A stretch of DNA of 64,000 nucleotides from Pyrinomonadaceae bacterium (GTDB taxonomy: Bacteria; Acidobacteriota; Blastocatellia; Pyrinomonadales; Pyrinomonadaceae), in contig DASYLB010000044.1 of assembly GCA_036009765.1 (NCBI GenBank), forward strand, positions 6,989 through 70,988, in the 5' to 3' direction. The translations under genes were made by a program, and so were the position numbers. Below, in pieces: positions 1 through 8,870 of the stretch; position 1 is the stretch's first letter, and each line of letters begins with the position of its first letter. Below the pieces are notes generated by a model. That model saw only the letters and a list, made by a program, of their open reading frames with translations. It was not told the origin of the DNA and did not search any database.

Positions 1-720
1 ACTAAAGTGCGGACGCAAGTTGTAATCACGATCGTATTGGTTGTGATCTATTGGTTGCTGATGACTCGTTTGCATGCGCCGGGATTTGCGACTGGCGATC
101 TGAGCAAAGAGGGAAGCCTCGCGTCGTTTGTCGATCGCACAGTTTTCGGCCCGCATATTTGGCGGCAGGGCAAGGTCTACGATCCGGAAGGCCTACTCAG
201 CACCATCCCGGCGATTGCTACAACTCTGTTAGGAGTATTGACGGGACAGTGGCTGCGGGCTGATAAGTCACAATTCGAAAAAGTGGCAGGACTGTTTGTG
301 GCGGGCGCTGCTTGCATCATCATTGGCTGGTGTTGGAACCCCTTTTTCCCGATCAACAAATCGTTGTGGACAAGTTCTTATGTGTTCTTCACCGGTGGAC
401 TCGCGCTTCAGTTTTTGGCGTTGTGCTACTGGTTGATTGATATCAGGAAATACCAACGTTGGGCCAAGCCGTTCGTGGTATTTGGTGTGAACGCAATCGC
501 GTTGTTCGTCGGCACGGGTTTGATGGTCCGCGTGATGGGATCGATCAAGCTCCCGTGGGGCAGCGGGAAGATCTCAACGCAAGGCTGGATCTTTCAGAAA
601 ATATTTCTCCCCTGGGCCTCACCGATCAATGCGTCACTTGCGTACGCGATTTGTTTTATTCTGCTTTGGCTGGGACTGATGTGGATCCTTTATTCGCGAA
701 AGATCTTTATCAAGGTCTGA
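1..720 (+). CDS. HGSNAT-like / DUF5009-DUF1624-type acyltransferase membrane protein, C-terminal part (5' end probably outside the window)
   Basis: The frame is open from nt 1. Multi-TM hydrophobic profile. Motif NKSLWTSSYVFFTGGLALQFLALCYWLID is typical of heparan-alpha-glucosaminide N-acetyltransferase-like proteins. TGA stop at 718-720. Confidence 0.6.
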   Translation, partial: TKVRTQVVITIVLVVIYWLLMTRLHAPGFATGDLSKEGSLASFVDRTVFGPHIWRQGKVYDPEGLLSTIPAIATTLLGVLTGQWLRADKSQFEKVAGLFVAGAACIIIGWCWNPFFPINKSLWTSSYVFFTGGLALQFLALCYWLIDIRKYQRWAKPFVVFGVNAIALFVGTGLMVRVMGSIKLPWGSGKISTQGWIFQKIFLPWASPINASLAYAICFILLWLGLMWILYSRKIFIKV

Positions 721-785
721 TCCTCGACGCGGGCCTGTTGTTCAGAAAATCTGCTACTTTACGCACCGTTGCCCCTGTCAGGCGA

Positions 786-2483
786 CTACTTTTTGTAGCC
801 TGGTCCACGCAGTGGGCGGCCTGCCAGCGCCGAAGTTCGCTTGCCGTCGTCTACGCTTACTTGCCCATTCACGATTACGTACTTGATGCCTTCGGGGTGC
901 TGGTTCGGCATCTCGAAGGTCGCGCGATCGCTGACCGTCTTGGGATCGAAGATCGTTATGTCGGCATAAGAGCCGGCGAGCAAAAGTCCACGATCACGAA
1001 GGCCGACGCGCTTGGCCGGGAGACCGGTCATCTTATGAATCGCCTGCTCTAAAGTTAGCAGGTGCTCGTCGCGAACGTAGCGACCGAGTATTCGCGGATA
1101 ACTTCCCCACCCGCGCGGATGTGATTTCGCCCCGGCCAGCGGACCATCATTCGCGCGTGCGCCGCTGTCAGTGCAGAAGCTCACGAACGGCGCCTGCATT
1201 GCCGTGCGCATGTCGTCCTCGCTCATCATGAAATAGATCGCGCCGGTTTGACCGTGGTCGGCAACAATCAAATCAAACAGCGCGTCGAGCGGGTCCTTGC
1301 CTTGTTCTGCCGCGATTTGTGAAAGGCGTTTGCCCTGCATCGCTTCCAGATCCCGATTCACAACTGACCCGATCAAAACACCTGAGGCGCCGCCGCTGCC
1401 GAGATAGATGTTTTCCCAGTCTTTGACGTCGGTGGTTATTTCTTCCTTGAGGTGTTGGCGGATCCGCAGGTCGCTCATGCGCTTCAGCATTGCTTCAGTG
1501 CCACCTTCCAAAACCCACGGTGGCAAGCAAGCGCTCAAGGAAGTACTCCCGGCGATGTAGGGGTAAATATCCGCGGTGACGTCCAGCCCCTCAGCGCGCG
1601 CGCGTCGAATTTTCGCGAGCACCTCCGGCATGCGGCCCCAATTCTTTTTGTATGCGGTTTTCAGATGCCAGATCTCAACCGGAATGCGGGCCTGGCGAGC
1701 GATTTGGAAAACTTCAGCGAGCGATTCGTCAAGAGCGTTGGCTTCACTGCGTTGATGTGTTGCGTAGATGCCGCCGTATTGCCGCGCGACTTTGGCGAGT
1801 TCTATCAGTTCATCCGTTTTCGCAAAGCGTGCGGGAACGTATTGCAGTGAAGTCGACACGCCGAGTGCCCCGTCCTTCATTGCGGCCGCCACCAGCTGCT
1901 TCATCTGTTCCAACTCCGCCGGAGTTGGCGGGCGATTGTCAAAACCAACCACGTATTCACGCAACTGAGTCGCGCCGACAAAGGTTGCGATATTGACACC
2001 GGCGCCCTGTTTTTCAAGTCGCTTAAAATATTCATCGAGCGTCCGCCAATCGATGGTCAGGTTGTAACGCTTATTGAAATCTTCCTGTTCTTTGATCAGA
2101 CGATCGTTGACTGGGGCGATCGATTCGCCTTCACCCGTGACTTCGGTGGTGACACCCATCATCACTTTGCTCATCGCGCGGGGATCGACCAGCACGTACG
2201 TTTCCGATTGACCGAGCATGTCGATGAATCCGGGAGCGACTACCAGTCCTGCAGCATCGATCTCGCGAACGCCATGCGTGCTCTTAAGTTTGCCAATCTG
2301 CACAATGCGATCGCCTTTGATCGCAAGGTCGGCGCGAAATCCGGGGCGGCCCGAACCGTCAATCACGAGTCCGTTCCTGACGATAAGATCATACTGCGGC
2401 GCCGCAGCGGTCGTAGAGGTTGTAACTAAGGAGCAGAGAAGCATAGTCGTCAAGATCAGGGAAAGTGAAACTCTTGATAGCAT
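786..2483 (-). CDS. Secreted D-aminoacylase (N-acyl-D-amino-acid deacylase), amidohydrolase superfamily
   Basis: DLIVRNGLVIDGSGRPGFRADLAIKGDRIVQIG N-terminus and overall length are typical of D-aminoacylases. I chose the internal ATG at 2483 because MLSRVSLSLILTTMLLCSLVTTSTTAAA is a signal peptide. The longer ORF to 2612 runs into a repeat arm. Confidence 0.8.
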   Translation of the reverse strand: MLSRVSLSLILTTMLLCSLVTTSTTAAAPQYDLIVRNGLVIDGSGRPGFRADLAIKGDRIVQIGKLKSTHGVREIDAAGLVVAPGFIDMLGQSETYVLVDPRAMSKVMMGVTTEVTGEGESIAPVNDRLIKEQEDFNKRYNLTIDWRTLDEYFKRLEKQGAGVNIATFVGATQLREYVVGFDNRPPTPAELEQMKQLVAAAMKDGALGVSTSLQYVPARFAKTDELIELAKVARQYGGIYATHQRSEANALDESLAEVFQIARQARIPVEIWHLKTAYKKNWGRMPEVLAKIRRARAEGLDVTADIYPYIAGSTSLSACLPPWVLEGGTEAMLKRMSDLRIRQHLKEEITTDVKDWENIYLGSGGASGVLIGSVVNRDLEAMQGKRLSQIAAEQGKDPLDALFDLIVADHGQTGAIYFMMSEDDMRTAMQAPFVSFCTDSGARANDGPLAGAKSHPRGWGSYPRILGRYVRDEHLLTLEQAIHKMTGLPAKRVGLRDRGLLLAGSYADITIFDPKTVSDRATFEMPNQHPEGIKYVIVNGQVSVDDGKRTSALAGRPLRGPGYKK

Positions 2484-2555
2484 TATTTTACCGCCGGGCT
2501 GGTTTGATGGAGCGCTGCATCGTAATGATTGATGGCGAGAATGTCTAGAAAACCA

Positions 2556-2592
2556 CTCAAGTGATTGGCCGGGACCGCGGGCGTCCCGCCCG
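2556..2592. repeat. Solo arm of repeat family B (CTCAAGTGATTGGCCGGGACCGCGGGCGTCCCGCCCGC)
   Basis: Near-identical to the terminal arms of the complete elements at 28928-29071 and 38530-38666. No partner arm is seen here. Confidence 0.6.
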
Positions 2593-2617
2593 CCTTCCTC
2601 TATTGAATTCACCTTCA

Positions 2618-3413
2618 GGTCGCGGCGCTACGAGCCAGCGGAGCTGGCGGAAAGAGTGATAGCCACAGGTGAGGCGAAGCCGAGCCTGGGGAAGGGGCCC
2701 ACGGAGCACTCCGAGCCCACGAAGTGGGCGGCAGTTACACAATGCAAGAAAATTGGCTTCGAACAAATCAAGGGATTGTTGTCCTACTTCTTGACGAATC
2801 CTGGATGGGGTGTGCAAGGTCAACACTGATCTTCAATCTCATTCTTGGTGGTAATCAAAATGTCCTACACAAACCTTCTCTATCGTATTGTTTATGGAAC
2901 CAAGGGACGTGTTCCCCTGATCACTAGCGACCTGAAAAGTGACCTGCACGGCTATCTTAGTGGGATTGTTCGAGGACTAAACTGCGTTCCAATTGAGATT
3001 AACTGAATGGCCGAACATGTTCACCTATTAGTCAGGATTCGTCCCACGATCTCGGTGTCGGACTTTTTGAGCAAGCCAAAGTCCAGCTCTTCTCTTTGGG
3101 CAAAGAGAAAAACGAAACGACGGTTCGCATGTCAAGCAAAGTATGGGGCTTTCACTGTCAGTGAATCTCAAGTCGGCTGAGTTCGGCAATACATTCGCAA
3201 TCAGGAGATGCATCATCGAAAGATATCATTTGAGCAGGAGTTCGAAGCCCTTCTCAGCGGAAATCGAATGGACTTTGATCGACGGGTTCTCTGGGCCTAA
3301 GTTGAAGCTGCCGCCCACTTCGTGGGCTCAAATGTCTAATGGGCCTTCTCCTCAGGCTCGGCTGCGCCTCACCTGGGGCTATTACTCTCTTCGCCAGCTT
3401 TGCTGGCTCGTTG
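2618..3413 (+). mobile_element. REPtron-like unit: RAYT/IS200-type Y1 transposase gene remnant flanked by ~108-bp imperfect inverted repeats
   Basis: 2618-2725 is the reverse complement of 3306-3413 with few mismatches in a hand alignment. Both arms carry small internal palindromes. The Y1 HUH gene lies between them. Confidence 0.7.
2860..3300 (+). pseudogene. IS200/IS605-family Y1 (REP-associated tyrosine transposase-like) gene interrupted by two in-frame TGA codons
   Basis: Single frame reads MSYTNLLYRIVYGTKGRVPL...IEIN*MAEHVHLLVRIRP...YGAFTVSESQVG*VRQYIRNQEMHHRKISFEQEF. It contains the HUH motif (HVHLLV) and the catalytic-Tyr motif (YIxNQxxHH). Internal TGAs at 3004-3006 and 3178-3180. 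No frameshift. Confidence 0.75.
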
Positions 3414-3547
3414 CCAGGATGAGATCGAGAGGCAATCAAGCGAAACGAAGGAAGAAGATCGAAGTCTCATGGTCGGGGAGGGGGCTTCCTGCCGCTCTTT
3501 CGCACTCAATGTGACTTTCCCCGTGTTGGTGCGTAGAATCCAACGCC

Positions 3548-5059
3548 GTGACCAACGAACCAATAACATTGAGACGAATTGCAGAAGTAACCGGCGGGAA
3601 GTTGTTTGGTGATCCGAACGGAGTTGTAACAGACGTCAGCCACGATTCGCGACGCGTCGGTCCGGACGGATTGTTTGTTGCCGTTCGCGGTGGGCTGTTT
3701 GACGCGCACAAGTTTCTGCCGCAGGTGATTGCACAAGGCGCAGTGGGGGTGCTTTCTGAACTTGAACCGTCTGAAGAATTGTTGGGAAGGCCGCTTGTCT
3801 CCGCTTCATTCGCCTGGATTCAAGTTGACGACGTCAGACGCGCCATGGCGTTGGCAGCGGCTGAAGTCCAACATCATCCTTCGAGAGAACTGAACCTCAT
3901 CGGCATCACCGGCACAAACGGCAAAACCACCACGGCGTATCTCATCGCTTCGATTCCCGAAGCGGCGGGTGAGCCGGTGGCGATGACTGGCACAGTCGAA
4001 TATCGTCTTGGCCCTGAACGTTTTAAAGCCGATCGCACCACGCCCGAAGCGACTGATATGCAGCGCATGCTGCGTCAGGCGGTGGAGATCGGTTGCAAAA
4101 CCGCGGTGATGGAAGCTTCTTCGCAAGCAATGGATTTTCATCGTTGCGACGCCCTCGATTACGCGGTCGCCGTTTTCTCGAACCTCACGCGCGATCATCT
4201 TGACTACCACAAGACGATGGAAAACTACTGGTACGCGAAGCAACGTCTATTTGATGGTCGACTGGGAACCCGGCCGCGCGTTTCAGTAATCAACCTTGAT
4301 GATCCTTATGGAGTTGAACTCGCTGAGAAACTGAAAAAGGAAGGGTTACAAGTCGTTACTTACGCAGTCGCAGCTGAAGCTGACGTCACCGCGCGAGACC
4401 CGGAGTTTTCACTCGATGGGATGCGTTTCAATTTGCGCACAGCCATGGGTAACCGTGACTTTCACTCGCCACTCGTAGGTCCGCCGCACATCTACAATAC
4501 TCTTGCTGCAGTCGCTAGCGGTTTGGCGCTTGATTATCACCTCGACATCATCACCAGTGCACTCGAAAAATGCACCGGCGCGCCGGGCCGTTTTGAGCGC
4601 GTGCCGCATGACGGAGATTTCGCGGTCGTAGTTGATTACGCACATAGCGACGATGCGCTGCTCAACGTGTTACGCACGGCCAGAGAAGTTACGAAGGGCA
4701 AGATTATTACGGTGTTTGGTTGCGGTGGGGACCGCGATGGTTCCAAGCGCGCGCCGATGGGCGAAGCGGCGGGCAGCTTGAGTGATGTAGTGATTCTTAC
4801 TTCTGACAATCCGCGTACGGAAGACCCGGAAAAAATCCTGGCTGACGCCGAGAAGGGAATTCAAAAGACCGGCAAGCCGTATCGAAAAATCGCTGACCGG
4901 CGCGACGCAATTCACCTGGCGATATCAGAAGCACGCACCGGTGATTTGGTGTTAATTGCAGGAAAGGGACACGAGGACTACCAGATTGTCGGTCGTGAGG
5001 TTTTCCACTTCGATGACAAAGAGGTTGCGCGCGAGGCACTCGGTTTGGTCAGGAAATAA
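3548..5059 (+). CDS. murE: UDP-N-acetylmuramoyl-L-alanyl-D-glutamate--2,6-diaminopimelate ligase
   Basis: Mur ligase P-loop GITGTNGKTTT. Also DYAHSDDAL, GCGGDRD and DNPRTEDP motifs. GTG start at 3548. Confidence 0.9.
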   Translation: MTNEPITLRRIAEVTGGKLFGDPNGVVTDVSHDSRRVGPDGLFVAVRGGLFDAHKFLPQVIAQGAVGVLSELEPSEELLGRPLVSASFAWIQVDDVRRAMALAAAEVQHHPSRELNLIGITGTNGKTTTAYLIASIPEAAGEPVAMTGTVEYRLGPERFKADRTTPEATDMQRMLRQAVEIGCKTAVMEASSQAMDFHRCDALDYAVAVFSNLTRDHLDYHKTMENYWYAKQRLFDGRLGTRPRVSVINLDDPYGVELAEKLKKEGLQVVTYAVAAEADVTARDPEFSLDGMRFNLRTAMGNRDFHSPLVGPPHIYNTLAAVASGLALDYHLDIITSALEKCTGAPGRFERVPHDGDFAVVVDYAHSDDALLNVLRTAREVTKGKIITVFGCGGDRDGSKRAPMGEAAGSLSDVVILTSDNPRTEDPEKILADAEKGIQKTGKPYRKIADRRDAIHLAISEARTGDLVLIAGKGHEDYQIVGREVFHFDDKEVAREALGLVRK

Positions 5060-5191
5060 AAGTAATTCGTCTCATCGCTGGGGTCTAAGTCCATAATTTC
5101 TCTGTGCCCTATTCACCACAAAGACACCGAGCACGCAGAAGTTTCGCAGAGAAAAAAATCGATTTAGGATTGTTCTGTCTCACCCTCAAAC

Positions 5192-6694
5192 TCACTCCGC
5201 CTTTTGTTCCGGATACAATCGCGACCAGATCCAATAGACCGGCAACCCGAGCGCGATCAAAAAGCTCCCGGCCAGTGGCGGATTGCGCGCCAGGATTCCC
5301 AACCCGGAAAGCACTTGCCCATGAATGATCAATCCGAAACCGTTTGCTGCGTCGTCGCGAACGCCCAAAAGTGTTGTTCCCAGAATTAATGCCGTAGCGA
5401 ATAGAAAAAGCACCGGCACCATGGGATAGCCCCAGGCGCGATAGGGACGTTCGAGTTCAGGCAGCTTGCGGCGCAGAATGAAGACGCCTGCGGTCACAAG
5501 TCCGTAGAAAATCCAGAGGCCGAAGATGGCGTAGTCAGTCAGAATATCAAACGACGAAGAGAACAGGACTACGAGTATGCACGCCCAGATCGCTTGAATT
5601 ACGAGCGCTCCAGTCGGTACATGCGTGCGCGGCGAAACTTTCGATAAGCTGCGCAGGAACAAACCATCACGCGCCATCGCGTATGGAACCCGAGCGCCGG
5701 TAAGAATCGAAGTGTGCAGCGTTCCGAAGGTTGATGACAGCAGCGCCGCGGCAATGAAACTAATCGCCAGCGGTCCGAGAAACTGTTTGGCAACTTCAGT
5801 CGCGACTGATGATTTTGTGGAAATGCTCGCGATGTCCGTGGGCGAGAGCGCATAGAAATACGCGACGTTAGCCAGCAGATAAAGCGCCATGATCAGAATC
5901 GTGCCGCCAATAAGCGCGCGCGGCAAATTTCGTCCGGGATTCTGAACTTCACCTGCAACCAGTGTGACGTTATTCCAACCGTCGTATGCCCAAAGCGCGC
6001 CCAGCATTGCAGCGATGAAACCTCCGAACCCAAATCTTGCCGCAGCGCTCACGCCCTCACAGGTGCCGCCGGCATTGGCCATGAACAAGTGAGACCAGTC
6101 AGCGCTGCGCGCGAATAGAAAAGCGCCGACGCCTACCACCAAAACAAGCGCGATCTTGACTCCCGACAGAAAAGTAGCGACACCGCCACTCACTTTTACC
6201 GCCAGACAATTGATGGCAGTGACGATAAGGATTGAAGACAGCGCGACGACTTGCAATTTTCCAAAAGGAACAGGATGCCCCCACACGGTTGTTGAAAAGA
6301 AATCCCCGGCCAGTCTCCCGCTGACCATGATGTTCAGGAAGAGAGCGAACTGCACCCCCAGTGCAGCTTGTGATCCCGCCTTACCGATGAAGAACGACAT
6401 CCAACCAAACAGAAATCCCCACGGCCGTCCATAGGCTTCACGCATGAAGACGTATTCGCCGCCCGCTTTTGGCATCATCGCCGCGAGTTCGGCATAACTC
6501 AGTGCGCCGGCAAGCGAAAGCAAACCCGCAATGACGTAGACGAAGAGCACCATCTTCGGCGTCCCGACATTGCAAGTCATCACGCGCGCCTTCAGGAAGA
6601 CTCCGGTGCCGATTACGTTTCCGACTACCACCGAGATAGCCGCGATCAAGGTCAGACCGCGAATTAACTCTGGATGCTTTGGTAAAGGTTTCAT
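5192..6694 (-). CDS. APC-superfamily amino acid/polyamine permease
   Basis: 500 aa, about 12 TM segments. N-terminal GNVIGTGVFLK motif and GGEYVFMREAYG are typical of APC transporters. ATG at 6694. Confidence 0.85.
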   Translation of the reverse strand: MKPLPKHPELIRGLTLIAAISVVVGNVIGTGVFLKARVMTCNVGTPKMVLFVYVIAGLLSLAGALSYAELAAMMPKAGGEYVFMREAYGRPWGFLFGWMSFFIGKAGSQAALGVQFALFLNIMVSGRLAGDFFSTTVWGHPVPFGKLQVVALSSILIVTAINCLAVKVSGGVATFLSGVKIALVLVVGVGAFLFARSADWSHLFMANAGGTCEGVSAAARFGFGGFIAAMLGALWAYDGWNNVTLVAGEVQNPGRNLPRALIGGTILIMALYLLANVAYFYALSPTDIASISTKSSVATEVAKQFLGPLAISFIAAALLSSTFGTLHTSILTGARVPYAMARDGLFLRSLSKVSPRTHVPTGALVIQAIWACILVVLFSSSFDILTDYAIFGLWIFYGLVTAGVFILRRKLPELERPYRAWGYPMVPVLFLFATALILGTTLLGVRDDAANGFGLIIHGQVLSGLGILARNPPLAGSFLIALGLPVYWIWSRLYPEQKAE

Positions 6695-6712
6695 CTGGTT
6701 GCCAGGTTAGTT

Positions 6713-7201
6713 TTAGTTGTTGGACGCGCGCGTATTCTTTATTGCGTCCAGCTCCGCAAGAAATTCATCCCGCTGGTGGGCCATCTCGGTTGCTCGCCTG
6801 GTCTTCTCGTTGACGTAACGCTCGCCTTTAAGGTCCGAGTCTTGAAGCGATTGAATCCAGGCCTTCAATTGTCTCGAACAGCTTTCTGACTTAAGTCTCG
6901 CCGGCTTAGTTTCTTCGACGAGGCTTTTGGCCCAAGGGAGTCGCTCAAGCAGGGTGAGCATCGAGCGAACTTCACCAGCGGAGCCGCGAGAAATGTAGAG
7001 GAACGTTAGTAGCTCGTTGTTGGTACCGCGCTCGAAACCTTCAGCAATATTGTTCGAGACTGAAACTGCTGCGCGCTCAATCTGATCCTTTACCGCGGGA
7101 TGCGGGACGCATTCGGGCTTCGCTGTGAGGGCGTAGATCGCGACGGCCAAGTCGATTGCGGTGTTCCAGACTGGAAGATCTTCGAAGCGTTTGTATTTCA
7201 T
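6713..7201 (-). CDS. Four-helix-bundle protein (23S rRNA intervening-sequence protein family)
   Basis: FEDLPVWNTAIDLAVAIY...NIAEGFERGTNNELLTFLYISRGSAGEVRSML is the family signature. Only 18 nt separate its stop from the permease start. Confidence 0.85.
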   Translation of the reverse strand: MKYKRFEDLPVWNTAIDLAVAIYALTAKPECVPHPAVKDQIERAAVSVSNNIAEGFERGTNNELLTFLYISRGSAGEVRSMLTLLERLPWAKSLVEETKPARLKSESCSRQLKAWIQSLQDSDLKGERYVNEKTRRATEMAHQRDEFLAELDAIKNTRASNN

Positions 7202-7222
7202 TGGGAGGCTCCAATCGGTCAG

Positions 7223-7391
7223 GATTTCAGATTCAAGATTCCAGATTGCAAATTCCAGATTCCAGAGTCAAGAACTAGAACTTTCTCAGTGAAAAATCGC
7301 AATGCAAAATCTCTGACAGCCGGCTGCAAATCTGATTCGACAATCGGATTTATTTGGACTCTGGAATTTGGATTCTTGAATCTTAAATTTC
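7223..7391. repeat. Long hairpin built from CCAGATT-type simple repeats (arms 7223-7269 and 7356-7391)
   Basis: ATTCAAGATTCCAGATTGCAAATTCCAGATTCCAGAGTC pairs with GACTCTGGAATTTGGATTCTTGAATCTTAAAT. It lies between the amine-oxidase stop and the four-helix-bundle start. Confidence 0.6.
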
Positions 7392-7475
7392 ACCAAGCAA
7401 AGGAAGTGGCCAACCCTTACTCTGTCAGCTGCGATTCTGTTATGTCTTTCTTGATCAAACCTTCCGAAAGGAGCC

Positions 7476-8870
7476 TCACGCAGCGCGCCTCCGAGAAGCT
7501 CTGCCCTGCAACGCCTGGGCGGCAGCTTCGCCAGTGACAACCGCTCCCTCCATAAATCCCTGCCACTCTGCCAAATGCTCGCCGGCAAACAAAACTTTGC
7601 CGTGTGGTTGCTGCAAGATCGGCCGGACTGTAAACCACTGTCCCGGCCGGTAAAACGCATAGGCGCCTTGCGTGTAGGCATCGCGTTGCCAGGGCATCGA
7701 CTGAATATTGAGAGCCAGCTCCGGCGCTTTCCTGTCTAGCGGCAAGAGATCGCGAGTAATTATTTCGCTACGCCTGTCGCTGCTTTGTGAAGCAAGCACG
7801 TCAGCCTTTTCGCCGATTGCATAGCTGCAAAGTATGCCTTGTTTGCCGCGCTGATTCTGTGTGCTGTGAAAATAATAATGCGAGGTAACGTCGCTAACGA
7901 GCGAAAAATCTTCCGCGCCCCAGAAGCGCTCTTTGAACAAGATCTGATTCTTAACGATGCGAGCGTACTGAAGCTGCTCGGCTGCGGCGCGGTGGGCCGC
8001 GGGCAATGGCGGATCAAAAACTATTTTGTTCAAAACACGCGCGGGCACGGTGCAGATGCAAGCGTCGGCTGAAAAGTCTCTCCCGCCGGCGGTGACAGTG
8101 ACACGGCCACCTCGCTGCGTAATCTTCTCGACCACCATGCCATGAAGAATTGACGTTCCCGGAAGTCGTGATGCCAACGCATTCACGAGGCGTGAATTGC
8201 CGCCCTCCATCTTGAAGTCCATTTCGTTGGCCGGACTTGATTCAAAATACTCAGCTGCAGCGGCGTAAGCCGAGATCATGCGAATCGTTTCGCCAAAGTC
8301 TGTGCTGTCCTGCAAGTCACGCAGCAGCAAATCTTCTTCGCTGAAACCGATCTCTTTTAACCAGGTCCACCAGTCGTACTGATCCAGTCGCAACCGATCT
8401 CGCTGGGTGTAGTGCTCATAAGTTTTGCGAAACTTTTCGAAAGCAGCTTTCGCGGTAGGTGAAAAGTCCCATTGGCCCGGCCGCTTCACTACTCCATCCT
8501 GCATCAGCGACGCTTCGAAGCGATGATCTTTAAGCGGTATGCCGAAGTCATGACAGAGCGCTCGCATGCGCGTGTGACTCGCTCCGACCCACTCGCCGCC
8601 CAGTTCACACACCAGCTCCGGGTTTTCTTTGAAGTTGAAAGACAAAACCCGGCCGCCAATTCGTGGCCGCGCTTCCAGCACCGTGACGTTCCAGTCCTTC
8701 AGCGCATAAGCGGCTGCCAAACCCGAGAGACCGGCGCCGATCACAATGCAAGAGTAGGAGCGCCGTTGGACGTAAGGACTCAAGATTAGCGGAGCACCAA
8801 CGGCGGCAACCGCGGCGCCCTTCAGAAATTCGCGACGAGATGTAGTCAGGGTCTTGAGTCTATTTACCAT
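7476..8870 (-). CDS. Tat-exported FAD-dependent amine oxidase (flavin amine oxidase family)
   Basis: Twin-arginine signal TSRREFLKGAAVAAVGAPLIL. Dinucleotide fold IVIGAGLSGLAAAYAL...VTVLEARPRIGGR. C-terminal LFAGEH motif. Confidence 0.85.
   Translation of the reverse strand: MVNRLKTLTTSRREFLKGAAVAAVGAPLILSPYVQRRSYSCIVIGAGLSGLAAAYALKDWNVTVLEARPRIGGRVLSFNFKENPELVCELGGEWVGASHTRMRALCHDFGIPLKDHRFEASLMQDGVVKRPGQWDFSPTAKAAFEKFRKTYEHYTQRDRLRLDQYDWWTWLKEIGFSEEDLLLRDLQDSTDFGETIRMISAYAAAAEYFESSPANEMDFKMEGGNSRLVNALASRLPGTSILHGMVVEKITQRGGRVTVTAGGRDFSADACICTVPARVLNKIVFDPPLPAAHRAAAEQLQYARIVKNQILFKERFWGAEDFSLVSDVTSHYYFHSTQNQRGKQGILCSYAIGEKADVLASQSSDRRSEIITRDLLPLDRKAPELALNIQSMPWQRDAYTQGAYAFYRPGQWFTVRPILQQPHGKVLFAGEHLAEWQGFMEGAVVTGEAAAQALQGRASRRRAA

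Noticed and set aside
2860-3300. In-frame TGAs as evidence for an alternative genetic code (TGA=Gly) or selenocysteine
   Set aside because: Neighbouring well-supported genes terminate with TGA (718-720, 16523-16525, 59014-59016). No other gene in the window needs TGA read-through. Simple nonsense mutations in a dead transposase are more parsimonious.
6713-7201. Four-helix-bundle gene as a sign of a nearby rRNA operon/intervening sequence
   Set aside because: No rRNA-like sequence flanks it. It sits between two protein-coding genes.
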